Under the pieces are notes generated by a model, which was given only the letters and a program-made list of their open reading frames with translations, was not told the DNA's origin and searched no databases. Below are positions 9,384 to 18,350 of a stretch of 39,513 nucleotides of DNA, piece after piece. The stretch is from Candidatus Nezhaarchaeota archaeon WYZ-LMO8 (lineage in GTDB: Archaea > Thermoproteota > Methanomethylicia > Nezhaarchaeales > WYZ-LMO8), in the NCBI GenBank assembly GCA_004347965.1, contig QNVF01000007.1, positions 1 to 39,513 of the forward strand, read 5' to 3'. A program made the position numbers and the translations under genes. How positions within the stretch are numbered: position 1 is the stretch's first letter; each line of letters starts with the position of its first letter.

Positions 9384-10613
9384 TTAGGTAGAGCCTTCTC
9401 CTCGCCTCCAAAGCTCTTTTTGGACGATATCTAAAACCCTTCTTAGTGGCATTCCAAGCTCTCTCGATATTCTCTTGAGGTCCTCGTACTCAGGCTTAAT
9501 TCTCAATAATTTGTTGCCTGGCGTTTTAGACTCCTTAACCAGGATTTCGAACCTTCTCCCTTGAACTTCAACCTCAACGCGTTTTTGAACTCGCTCAACT
9601 ACGATTCTAGGGACTTCAAGGACTCTAACGCCTAATGTTCCAAGTTCATCGATCAATGCTTCAGCTAGCTCGGCATGGTTTTCAAGTTTGGTTAGCACTT
9701 TAACAATGCATACTGGTCTACCTTTCTTTCCAATACCTTGAAGAATCGTAACGTCGAGGGCTCCAAGCTCAACTAGCCTTTCAATGACATTGCCTAGAAC
9801 TTCTCCAGCAACGTCATCGACTGTTGTCTCAAGGACCACGATTCTATCCGTGGCTTTCAAGCTTGAGCTCTCTCCTAAAACCACTCTAAGCACATTAGGT
9901 ATTAATGGGGGGTCCTTTGATCCGGCTCCATAACCAACCCTACTAACCTTCATTGGTGGATAGAAGTCGATAGCCTTTTTAGCTAAATTGACGAGCAAAG
10001 CTGCGCCTGTCGGCGTTGTAAGCTCCTGATCTATTGAAATATTGGAGTAAGTGAAGTTATGCTTACGTAGGATTTCTAGAGTAACTGGTGCTGGAACTGG
10101 AAGAACGCCATGACATGTCTCAATAAATCCTGAGCCCAGGGCTGGTGGAGTTGTGTAGATCTCAGAGTTGAAGAGTTTCAGCTTATCTAATAGTAGAGCG
10201 ACACCTACAACATCGAAGATTGTATCTACTGATGCCACTTCAAGTAGATCGTGCCCCACATGAACCCTTGCTTCAGCCTCACAAATTTCTTCAACAACTT
10301 TCCTAGAGAAGCTCTTAGCCTCATCGGATAGATCTAGCGCCCCCAAGACCTTCTCAACATTGTACTTAAACTTGCTGGGAGTGATGTTCTCAAGTCTCTC
10401 CTTAACCTTAAGCTCAACTCTCTTTGCTCTAATTCCTCTTCTATGAACATCGTGGATTTCAAGTTCAACCTCCTCACAGTAATCGACCTCCCTCTCGATT
10501 ATTGACGCTAATCGATGTAGAGGATCGGTCTCTCCAGACATGTCAACTAAAGCTGATAACAACATGTCCCCCGATATTCCAGCCAATCTTGGGTCTATTA
10601 TCAACATCTTCAT
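9384..10613 (-). CDS. larC: Nickel-pincer cofactor biosynthesis nickel insertase LarC
   Basis: AGISGDMLLSAL, HGVLPVPAP, ELTTPTGAAL, GYGAG, LETTVDD, KKGRP, GTLGVR, KPEYED. Confidence 0.93.
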   Translation of the reverse strand: MKMLIIDPRLAGISGDMLLSALVDMSGETDPLHRLASIIEREVDYCEEVELEIHDVHRRGIRAKRVELKVKERLENITPSKFKYNVEKVLGALDLSDEAKSFSRKVVEEICEAEARVHVGHDLLEVASVDTIFDVVGVALLLDKLKLFNSEIYTTPPALGSGFIETCHGVLPVPAPVTLEILRKHNFTYSNISIDQELTTPTGAALLVNLAKKAIDFYPPMKVSRVGYGAGSKDPPLIPNVLRVVLGESSSLKATDRIVVLETTVDDVAGEVLGNVIERLVELGALDVTILQGIGKKGRPVCIVKVLTKLENHAELAEALIDELGTLGVRVLEVPRIVVERVQKRVEVEVQGRRFEILVKESKTPGNKLLRIKPEYEDLKRISRELGMPLRRVLDIVQKELWRRGEGST

Positions 10614-11395
10614 TTGTTCATCCTCCTAAACTTAGCAACCCTATTGGCTATCAGAGCTGCTGCGACGGCTGCTCCCACGCTGTTATCTATGTTTACTACT
10701 AGTAAACCAGGAGAGCAAGATTGAAGCATGCATAAGAGCGCCGTAACCCCCTTCCCACCTAAACCATAGCCAATCGACGTCGGGAGACCTATCACCGGGA
10801 CATCCAAGATTGAAGCTAAGATTGATGGTAGAGCACCCTCCATACCTGCTATTGCAACAACAACGTCAACGTCCTCCTCCAAAAGCTTCTTAGCAGCATC
10901 GATTGTTCTGTGAAGACCAGCTACTCCCACATCGTAGATGGTAATTGCGTCGCAGCCAAGTTCTTCGGTTATCAGCTTCACTTCGTCAGCTATGGAGACG
11001 TCAGCCGTACCAGCAGTAACTATTCCAACTATTCCGCCACTCTTGATGGTCTTGTAGTCTCTCCTCTTTACAACAGCTACTCTACGTGATGTACTTAAAG
11101 TAACATTGTACTCTTGCTCAAACTTCTTCAATACTTCAAGCTGGTCCTCTCTCAACCTAGATGCTATTGCTCTTCCACGAACCCTCAAAAGCACTCGTAT
11201 AGCTTGCTCTAATTGATTTAGGCTCTTATGCTCGCTAAAAATTATTTCAGGAACGCTTTTACGAAGTTCTCTTCCAACATCTAGCTTCAAGACGTTGGCG
11301 ATTTCTTCAAGTGCTAGCAACCTTAATTGCTGTTCAGCCTCCTCAATGCTCATGGAGCCCTCAGCAACCCTCTTCAAGAGCTCTCTTAGCGTCAT
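10610..11395 (-). CDS. larB: Nickel-pincer cofactor biosynthesis carboxylase LarB (PurE-like)
   Basis: PEII, TAGTAD, DVGVAGLHR, AGMEGALPS, PTSIGYG, CSPGLLVVNIDN. Confidence 0.94.
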   Translation of the reverse strand: MTLRELLKRVAEGSMSIEEAEQQLRLLALEEIANVLKLDVGRELRKSVPEIIFSEHKSLNQLEQAIRVLLRVRGRAIASRLREDQLEVLKKFEQEYNVTLSTSRRVAVVKRRDYKTIKSGGIVGIVTAGTADVSIADEVKLITEELGCDAITIYDVGVAGLHRTIDAAKKLLEEDVDVVVAIAGMEGALPSILASILDVPVIGLPTSIGYGLGGKGVTALLCMLQSCSPGLLVVNIDNSVGAAVAAALIANRVAKFRRMNK

Positions 11396-11514
11396 GTAAT
11401 CTCCTCAGGAAGAAAGTCAGTAATTAACTTGAAAAACTTGCTCTTATGCTATGCACTTCTTTGGCTATGTGGATATACAAATTTAGGTTTATTACCTTAA
11501 GCATTGAGTAATTA

Positions 11515-12564
11515 ATGGAGATCGCAATGCGCTCCTTTAGAGATAGAGACTACGTGGAGACGGTTGAAGGGCTGTTCTTTACGGTCATTGGCAATGTCCA
11601 CCCAACAAGCCACGTAATAGCTTACCTGAAGTATGTTCCAAGCCCTGAGGGCAAGTGGGGGAGGGAGAAGAGGTTTAAGAGAGCTCTTCCATATTACACG
11701 GTGCCCATGCTCCTCGATACTATAAGCTACTTGAAGCAGCACTATCCCCACTACGTCACCTTCTTCGATGAACTTGGAATAGAAATGTCCGCCATACCCT
11801 TAAGTAAGTTACTTAAACACTACTGCCCCGAACGCAGACTGCAAGAGATGTTTGAGAAGCCCAAAGATAATTTAGAGGCAATAGCTATTGATTTAGCTCA
11901 AGTAATAGCTGATGAAGCTGGCATATCGATCAACGACTTAGGCATAACGGGCTCTCTACTGATAGATATTCACCAACCATTCTCCGACATAGATCTCATA
12001 GTTTACGGTAGAGATGGTGCTATGAAGGTTAAAGAAGCTCTCCTCAAACTTTACGAGGAACCTAAGAAGAGGATAGAGAGGTTACCCAAAGATCGACTCG
12101 AAGAGTTAATGGAGAGGAGACAGAGACTCTTTTACCTCTCTAGAAATGATGTGGAGGTCATATGTTCAAGGAAGTGGAATAGGGGCTTCTTTAAGGGAAA
12201 GGAGTTCTCAATTCATCCAGTAAAGAGGGATGATGAAGTGGAAGAGGTTTTTGGTGAGTTCACGTACAAGCCCATAGGACTAGCTATCATCAGGGGAATC
12301 ATAGTTGACTCCTCAGAGTCCATGTTCATGCCGTCAAGATGGTTAGTAAGCGAGGTTAAAAGCTTGTGCGGAGTAAAAGTTGAAGGTTTAACAGAGCTGT
12401 GTAGTTATGAGGGGCTCTACGTGGGGGTCGTGAATGAGGGTGAGATGTTCGAAGCTAAAGGTAAGGTGGAGGCTGTCTATCATAGGGGCAAGCTCGATCA
12501 CTACAGGCTTTTGATAGGCTCGCCAGAGGCACGAGGCCAAGACTATTTAAAGCCCATAATTTAG
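11515..12564 (+). CDS. Predicted archaeal nucleotidyltransferase (Pol-beta fold, COG1665-like)
   Basis: RDRDY...FFTVIGNVHP...IAYLKY N-terminus; GITGS...SDIDLIVYG catalytic motif; probable OB-like C-terminus. Confidence 0.8.
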   Translation: MEIAMRSFRDRDYVETVEGLFFTVIGNVHPTSHVIAYLKYVPSPEGKWGREKRFKRALPYYTVPMLLDTISYLKQHYPHYVTFFDELGIEMSAIPLSKLLKHYCPERRLQEMFEKPKDNLEAIAIDLAQVIADEAGISINDLGITGSLLIDIHQPFSDIDLIVYGRDGAMKVKEALLKLYEEPKKRIERLPKDRLEELMERRQRLFYLSRNDVEVICSRKWNRGFFKGKEFSIHPVKRDDEVEEVFGEFTYKPIGLAIIRGIIVDSSESMFMPSRWLVSEVKSLCGVKVEGLTELCSYEGLYVGVVNEGEMFEAKGKVEAVYHRGKLDHYRLLIGSPEARGQDYLKPII

Positions 12565-12643
12565 ACTTAGCGTTACGAACTTGAGATAGATTTAATTAAC
12601 TAGGTCTCCTTCTTCTTGCGAAACCCTAAGCGAGGGTCGTACG

Positions 12644-13819
12644 TTGAAGAGACTTAAAGAGCTTAGCTTTAGAACTAAGGCCATAACCCCCTCGGGCATT
12701 AGAAGACTTTTTGACTTAGCTCAGAAGATGTCGGGCGTAATAAACTTTGGGATAGGAGAGCCAGACCTTGAAACCCCTCTATGCGTTAGAGAAGCAGGTA
12801 AGAGAGCTATAGATCTCGGTTACACACACTATACACCAAATGCTGGCTACCCCGAGCTTAGAGAGGCAATAGCTAAGAAGCTTAAAGTCGAAAACGGAAT
12901 TGACGTTACAGCTGAAAACATAATAGTTACTACCGGGGCCTCAACCGGCCTTTTACTATCTGCTCTAACGCTGATTGAACCGGGCGACGAGGTTCTGATT
13001 CCCGATCCTGGCTTTGTGATATATGAGGCGATAGTAAACATGGCCGGCGGTAAGTCAGTAAGGGTACCCCTCATCGAGGAAGAAGATTTCAGGATGACTC
13101 CGGAGAAAGTGAATGAGCTAGTGACAAAAAACACGAAGTGCATATTTCTAAACAGCCCTCATAACCCTACAGGAGCAGTCTTAGAGTTCAGTGACATCAA
13201 GGGAATAGCTGAGGTAGCTATGGATAACGGGATATACGTCATCTCGGATGAGGTTTACGAGAAGTTAGTCTACGATGGAGCTAAGCACTACAGTATAGCA
13301 TCGATACCCGGCATGGAGGATTTAGCGATTACAGTCAACTCCTTCTCTAAGACCTTTGCCATGTGCGGTTGGAGGATAGGCTATGTAGCTGCGAGTAGAA
13401 GGTTAATAAACGAGATGATAAAGCTACAACAGTACACGGTAGTTAATGCTCCAAGCATTTCTCAGATGGCTGTGCTTGAGGGCTTAAAGAATCCTAAGGT
13501 AAAGACATTCATAGATGAGATGGTTAGGGAGTACGATAAGCGGAGGCGTTTCATGGTCGAGAGGATAAACAAGATAACCGGGTTTAAGGCGAAGTTACCT
13601 AAAGGTGCATTTTATATCTTCGCTAACGTGAAGGAGCTAGGGTTAAAGTCAACAGACCTAGCAGAGCTCATATTGGAGAAAGCAGCTGTGGCAACAGTTC
13701 CAGGTTCAGCCTTTGGACCTAATGGTGAAGGGTACTTAAGGTTCTGCTATGCTACCTCCTTAGCTAACATAGAGCTTGGGTTAGAGAGGATCAAGAAAGT
13801 TATTGAGGATATTAGGTGA
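12644..13819 (+). CDS. PLP-dependent aminotransferase class I/II (aspartate aminotransferase-like)
   Basis: GIGEPD, THYTPNAG, NSPHNPTG, SDEVY, SFSKTFAMCGWRIG, GEGYLRF. Confidence 0.95.
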   Translation: MKRLKELSFRTKAITPSGIRRLFDLAQKMSGVINFGIGEPDLETPLCVREAGKRAIDLGYTHYTPNAGYPELREAIAKKLKVENGIDVTAENIIVTTGASTGLLLSALTLIEPGDEVLIPDPGFVIYEAIVNMAGGKSVRVPLIEEEDFRMTPEKVNELVTKNTKCIFLNSPHNPTGAVLEFSDIKGIAEVAMDNGIYVISDEVYEKLVYDGAKHYSIASIPGMEDLAITVNSFSKTFAMCGWRIGYVAASRRLINEMIKLQQYTVVNAPSISQMAVLEGLKNPKVKTFIDEMVREYDKRRRFMVERINKITGFKAKLPKGAFYIFANVKELGLKSTDLAELILEKAAVATVPGSAFGPNGEGYLRFCYATSLANIELGLERIKKVIEDIR

Positions 13820-13831
13820 GGAAGTCTAAAC

Positions 13832-14371
13832 CTAAGACGCGAGAATCTTGAATATGTAAGCTGCTACAAGCCAAAGTATTAGCCAAAAGACTCTAAACAG
13901 TATCTCAACATTCGTAGCTATGAGCCCCAGCAGGCCTAAGGCTATGCAGCCAATTGATAGCGAGTACAAGATGATTCTCTTGAAACCAGCCCTCCTAACG
14001 ATGTAAGTGAGATTTAAGATAGACCCCCTAGCACGAACCCTCACTTCGGTCTTCTCACGCTCCATGGAGCTATTGATGTTGGCAGGCTCGGTCTTAACTT
14101 TCAAGAACGTTATCGCTAAAATCCCCTTATCGGTTATGCAATACTTGGGCTTCTTATGGTTGGTCCTAGCTATAAAGCCATGGTCTATGAGCTCCTTTAA
14201 GTGTCTCTTAACAGTACTTTCGTCACGCTGAACTTCGTCTACAAGATCTTTTAGCGTGCAAGGACCCTTTTCGTGAATCCTCACTAAAAGCTTGAGTCTC
14301 GTTGGGTTACTTAGGACGCCAAAGTCGCATGCCATGTCCTCAACCTTAGTTCTTTCTCCTTCCTCACTCAA
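13832..14371 (-). CDS. ArsR-like winged-helix protein with two C-terminal TM helices
   Basis: LSNPTRLKLL...STVKRHLKELIDHGFI...YCITDKG, followed by two hydrophobic segments. Confidence 0.8.
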   Translation of the reverse strand: MSEEGERTKVEDMACDFGVLSNPTRLKLLVRIHEKGPCTLKDLVDEVQRDESTVKRHLKELIDHGFIARTNHKKPKYCITDKGILAITFLKVKTEPANINSSMEREKTEVRVRARGSILNLTYIVRRAGFKRIILYSLSIGCIALGLLGLIATNVEILFRVFWLILWLVAAYIFKILAS

Positions 14372-14489
14372 GTTAACAACCTAATATCGAATAGCAGAAG
14401 AGAACTTAATTAAGATTGCTTGATGACTGAAGATCACAAAGAATAATTTTTAGTCGAATTAATAAGTTAAGAATCGAAGATCCTAACAA

Positions 14490-15218
14490 TCACGACGTGA
14501 CTTTAAAGAAGCTTGCTACACCGTGACACTTACATGCAGTTGTTAGGGCTATGCTAACGTCTCTTCCATCAACACTAGTCTCAACTTCGTGTATGAAGTT
14601 TCATAGAGTCTCAAAGTCGAATCCACCAGCAAAGTTTCCTGTCTTCCTACTCTCTAACACTAAAGCTAGGTCAGTGAAGCATAGGATCTCTTCAGCCATT
14701 TTTGTGATGGGCTTAAGCTTTAATCGACCAGTAACCGGACAAACGCCCGGTTGATTACATGGGACTATGCATCGAGACCATGAAGGCATACAGCTAAACG
14801 TGAATGTTGAGCTCTCAAAATCTAAGTTAAGGATCAATTCTTTTGGGAATAGCTTTAAAGCTTTCTTGATGCCATCAGGTGAAGGGATCACCTTAAGTCT
14901 TCGCATCTCAAGCTCACGTTTCAAGAAGTCAGCAGCAAAATGTCTTGGAATTGCTGGAACTACGATTTCTGGCTTTAAGCCTAAGCGAATCACTTTGCTT
15001 AAAGCATCTGACGCATTGCCTACGATAAGGATGGACTTGAACTTACCAAGATGCTCTCTATCTAACTTATCTAGTGGAATTACTAAGTCAACGTCTTTAC
15101 TAGCAGGGCATCTACCCTCAACGTCAGCTACTAGAACTAAGGAGTAGCTTGAAGCTTCATGCAAAGCCTTGAATCCAAAGAAACCTCCACCAGCTATGAA
15201 CAGCATACTCCCCCTCAT
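14490..15218 (-). pseudogene. Rossmann-fold, Cys-rich protein interrupted by an in-frame TGA at 14601-14603 (pseudogene, sequence error or readthrough)
   Basis: N-terminal IAGGGFFG dinucleotide-binding loop and CIVPCNQPGVCPVTG. After ...FDFETL* the same frame continues 36 codons (NFIHEVETSVDGRDVSIALTTACKCHGVASFFKVTS) to TGA at 14490-14492. Likely start is ATG 15206. Confidence 0.65.
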
Positions 15219-15221
15219 AGT

Positions 15222-15276
15222 GGTCAGTCCCGCGGATTTCGAGCACTAGGAGCTCCTCATCCCTTCTTCATCATCC
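15222..15276 (-). ncRNA. Candidate C/D-box sRNA
   Basis: Minus strand reads GG-ATGATGA-(40 nt)-CTGA-CC: perfect C and D boxes, a GG/CC terminal stem, 55 nt long, intergenic. D' and C' boxes are unclear. Confidence 0.4.
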
Positions 15277-15314
15277 CGAGACATTCAATACACAGTTTAG
15301 CTAATAGCTGAGCG

Positions 15315-15932
15315 TTAAACATCCACGCCCCTCTCACGAATGCCCCTTACAACCTTACCTATTAAGATGAAGTCATTAATCAGCATATTCTTCAATTTAG
15401 GATTATAGAGCCCAGCAGCTGGGTGATAGGTGGGTACGACTAGGAGGCTAAGATCTTCGAAGTTTATTTTAAATACTTGACCTCTAACAGTTGATATTCT
15501 CCCCCTATACGTCTTTACTCCACCTTTGAGAAGTATGTAGTTTGTTGAGTATCTGCCGAGACACACAATTAACTTGGGCTTTATAACTGCTACTTGCTTA
15601 TCAAGGTAGGGAGTACAGGCATCAACTTCATCAGGCAGGGGGTCTCTATTACCTGGAGGTCTACACTTCAAGATATTGGTTATGAAGACCTCATCTCTCC
15701 TAAAACCAGCCATTTCTAGGAGTTTATCTAGAAATTTTCCAGCAGCTCCAACAAAGGGTCTTCCCTCCACATCCTCATTGTACCCCGGGGCCTCCCCTAC
15801 GAGCATGACGTCAGCATATACGTCTCCTTGACCTGGAACTGGCTTCATCCTTGAAGACCATAACCTACACTTTCTACAACTAGCTACCTCCCTCGCTACC
15901 TCTTCTAATATCCTGACCCTCTCGTTTTCCAT
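15315..15932 (-). CDS. udg: Family-4 uracil-DNA glycosylase (4Fe-4S)
   Basis: CRKC, VGEAPG..ED..GRPFVGAAG, TNILKCRPPGNRDP, TYHPAA. Confidence 0.96.
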   Translation of the reverse strand: MENERVRILEEVAREVASCRKCRLWSSRMKPVPGQGDVYADVMLVGEAPGYNEDVEGRPFVGAAGKFLDKLLEMAGFRRDEVFITNILKCRPPGNRDPLPDEVDACTPYLDKQVAVIKPKLIVCLGRYSTNYILLKGGVKTYRGRISTVRGQVFKINFEDLSLLVVPTYHPAAGLYNPKLKNMLINDFILIGKVVRGIRERGVDV

Positions 15933-15980
15933 AACAGCTATAGAAGATTACTGAGAAGAGGCATCTTTAAGCTTTGCAGT

Positions 15981-16063
15981 ATAGATCCATAGATCCACCA
16001 CGACGTTGCTAGTAGGGGTGTGCACCTCTGCAATGTCGTTTCAAGGACCTCTAAGTGCACCTC
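15981..16063. repeat. Short direct repeats in the divergent udg/operon intergenic region
   Basis: ATAGATCC twice in tandem (15981-15996); GTGCACCTC at 16020-16028 and 16055-16063. Confidence 0.45.
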
Positions 16064-16114
16064 GATGATCCGAGTGTTTATCAGAAGCCAAGTTGATGTC
16101 GAGACGATGAGCCT

Positions 16115-16750
16115 ATGATAAGGACCTTAGGTGGGACTTTGTTCTTAAGAAGAGGAATGATGAGTTTAAGAATAATATTATTTCTGCTATTATTACTATT
16201 GCTATCAACCATACTTCCTTGGCTCCTCATACCTATAGCCGCTTACATTGCTTACAAAGTTGGGAGATGGCTCTACAAGCTTGTTAAGAGCCTTAAATGG
16301 CCTAAGGCAGGAGGGAAGAGGAAGGAGCGCGTGAGCAGCGTTTCAACGGTTGGTGACATTCAAGTTTATGAAGTTGAAGGTATTGGACAAGCTCTCGTTG
16401 TGAAGAACGGTCTCGAAGCCCTAGGTTTAGGATGCTTAGAGGTAAGGTCTCTTGGTGGAGGTCGACTTGCTGAGCTTCTTAGTGCTATCGATGCGACGGT
16501 GAAGACAGGATTCGAGAGTAGCTTAATAGTTTCTAAGAGAACGTCGGGGGATGCTTGCTTCATGATCATGATCAAGGTCCGTAAGCCAATGATTAAGGAC
16601 TTCCTGGAGACGGCCAAGGAGGTCGTAGATGACGTGGTTAAGGGGCTTACAGCAGCCATGGGAGCAATTAAGGCTAGGTTGCCGAGGTCTGAGGTTCACG
16701 TATTGGAGTTCGATGACCTCTTAAAAGCTATTAGAGGTGTTGTAGCGTGA
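16115..16750 (+). CDS. Membrane-anchored hypothetical protein, first gene of the operon
   Basis: Long hydrophobic N-terminus (IILFLLLLLLLSTILPWLLIPIAAYIAY), a basic linker, then an alpha/beta domain. Start is probably ATG 16157/16160. GTGA overlap with the next gene. Confidence 0.7.
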   Translation: MIRTLGGTLFLRRGMMSLRIILFLLLLLLLSTILPWLLIPIAAYIAYKVGRWLYKLVKSLKWPKAGGKRKERVSSVSTVGDIQVYEVEGIGQALVVKNGLEALGLGCLEVRSLGGGRLAELLSAIDATVKTGFESSLIVSKRTSGDACFMIMIKVRKPMIKDFLETAKEVVDDVVKGLTAAMGAIKARLPRSEVHVLEFDDLLKAIRGVVA

Positions 16751-18030
16751 GCACCATAGTGGAGGTTGGGTGGATTGTTGATGGGGATGCGGATGCGCTG
16801 GTGGACACATTGAGGATCGATCTCTCTAACGTACATTTGCTAACGGTCAGCGGCGCCTGGAGCTTAAACGCTACTTGCCACTTATTGGGTCAAGTAGCGG
16901 GCTCAGTGAATTTAGTAGTAGTATCTCCTTACACAGCTGAGGGGCCTCAATGGCTTCGGCACTTGAGCCTTGGCTTGAACGCCTCGTTCAACCCCTTTAA
17001 ACCCGTTGGAGACAAGCTAGCATACTCACATTTCATTGCCGACATCTTCAAGGGAGCCTTTAGTCTGAACAATGCGCAAACCTCAGCTTTGAGGAGAGCG
17101 CTGATGAGAGCCTATCTAAGCAGTAAGGAGCCAACCGCTGAGGACGTTCTATCCGCATTAGAGATAGAATCAACCGAACTAACAAACCGAGATTCCATCG
17201 AGCTGATAGAGATCGTGGAGGCGATGTGTAGAGGTAGACTTGGAGCTGCGTGTACTAATCGATTAGAGCTCACGGATCTTCAAGCCATAATCTCGATGTC
17301 TGAGCTGCCACCAAGCTATGCCTCAATTCTATCCATGGCTATGTTAATGTATTTGGTGAAGAATGGCTTTAAAGGGGTCGTAGTACTATGCAACCTCGAT
17401 GTTCTCAGAGAATTCATTGGTTCCGCTTGGAGAAATTTCGTATACCTGGTTAATAAAATGAAGGTCGAACCTTTGACAATCATCGCCTGCACGAGCAGCG
17501 CATCGTTCACGCCACTAGAGTTGAGGACTAGAGCTCACATGATTATTGTCGGCTCACCTTTAACTCCTGAAGATGCCAAGTACGTTAGTGCTATGGTTGG
17601 CCGAAAACGTCTTAAGCTACTCAATAGCAAGGAGAGGTTCGCCTATAACCTCATTTCCTCAAGCGGAGTCATCGAGATACCGCTTGAAGAGACAGTGAAG
17701 ATGCATGTGGAAGAGGAGCTGAAAGCTCTTCTGGAAGCTCCTCGATCAATGCTTCACGCAAAGCTTGGCAATAAAGCTAAGATGGCATACGATATCTTAA
17801 GCTTCTTAAGGGATGGAGCGTCGACGAGAGACTCCGTGATATCTTATGCAATGCATAGGCTCGACGTATCATCGTTGGAGGCCTCAAGGCTTGTTAACAC
17901 ACTACTGATCCATGGACTTGCAAGTGAGGTTGTTGGGGCTGACGGTAAGTATTGGCTCAAGATTACAGTTCGAGGGCTCAACGCTTTAGAGGAGCTTGAA
18001 GCGTTAGAGGGGTGGTTGACACGAGAATAG
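16747..18030 (+). CDS. HerA/VirB4-like (DUF87-type) protein with degenerate Walker motifs and a C-terminal winged helix
   Basis: Helical-insert pattern SFNPFKP...IADIFKGAFSLNNAQTSALRRALMRAY...PTAEDVL. The Walker A position reads HLLTVSGAWSLN and the Walker B position VVVLCNLD. C-terminal AYDILSFLRDG..TRDSVI...EASRLVNTLLIHGL...YWLKITVRG resembles a wHTH. Confidence 0.6.
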   Translation: MSTIVEVGWIVDGDADALVDTLRIDLSNVHLLTVSGAWSLNATCHLLGQVAGSVNLVVVSPYTAEGPQWLRHLSLGLNASFNPFKPVGDKLAYSHFIADIFKGAFSLNNAQTSALRRALMRAYLSSKEPTAEDVLSALEIESTELTNRDSIELIEIVEAMCRGRLGAACTNRLELTDLQAIISMSELPPSYASILSMAMLMYLVKNGFKGVVVLCNLDVLREFIGSAWRNFVYLVNKMKVEPLTIIACTSSASFTPLELRTRAHMIIVGSPLTPEDAKYVSAMVGRKRLKLLNSKERFAYNLISSSGVIEIPLEETVKMHVEEELKALLEAPRSMLHAKLGNKAKMAYDILSFLRDGASTRDSVISYAMHRLDVSSLEASRLVNTLLIHGLASEVVGADGKYWLKITVRGLNALEELEALEGWLTRE

Positions 18031-18350
18031 AGAGAAGGGGTAGCTCATTAACTTGGGTTGTGGGAGTATCGTGTAAAGGGCTCTATACAGTCTCATTAAC
18101 ATTGTATAAATCAAGTAGTGGTTGGAGGGTGAAGAGAGAGTTAAGATTGAAGATTAAAAGAGCAGAGGATGAGAGGACCTTATTCATTGAGGATTACAGC
18201 CTACCAGAGTTCCAAGCCATTTTAGAGGCCTTCCAGTCCATGACGTCAGAGATCGACGTCGATGAAAGTGCTCGACGTCTTACCCTCGCTCTTAGAGCAT
18301 CAACGATCATCAACCTTCTCGTTCAAGAGCTCGGAGGTGTCTCTAGGTGA
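18012..18350 (+). CDS. Small hypothetical protein, possible PC4/PUR/Whirly-like ssDNA-binding fold
   Basis: Overlaps both neighbours. Four predicted beta strands with aromatic and basic residues, then the helix SLPEFQAILEAF. The fold call is inference. Confidence 0.55.
   Translation: MVDTRIERRGSSLTWVVGVSCKGLYTVSLTLYKSSSGWRVKRELRLKIKRAEDERTLFIEDYSLPEFQAILEAFQSMTSEIDVDESARRLTLALRASTIINLLVQELGGVSR

Noticed and set aside
9166..9387. 73-aa ORF between nfeD and larC
   Set aside because: No ribosome-binding site or recognisable motif; probably a chance ORF in a convergent intergenic gap, though not excluded.
14601..14603. Selenocysteine or genome-wide TGA recoding
   Set aside because: TGA terminates many intact genes here, the site is not Cys-like, and no SECIS-like hairpin is evident downstream.
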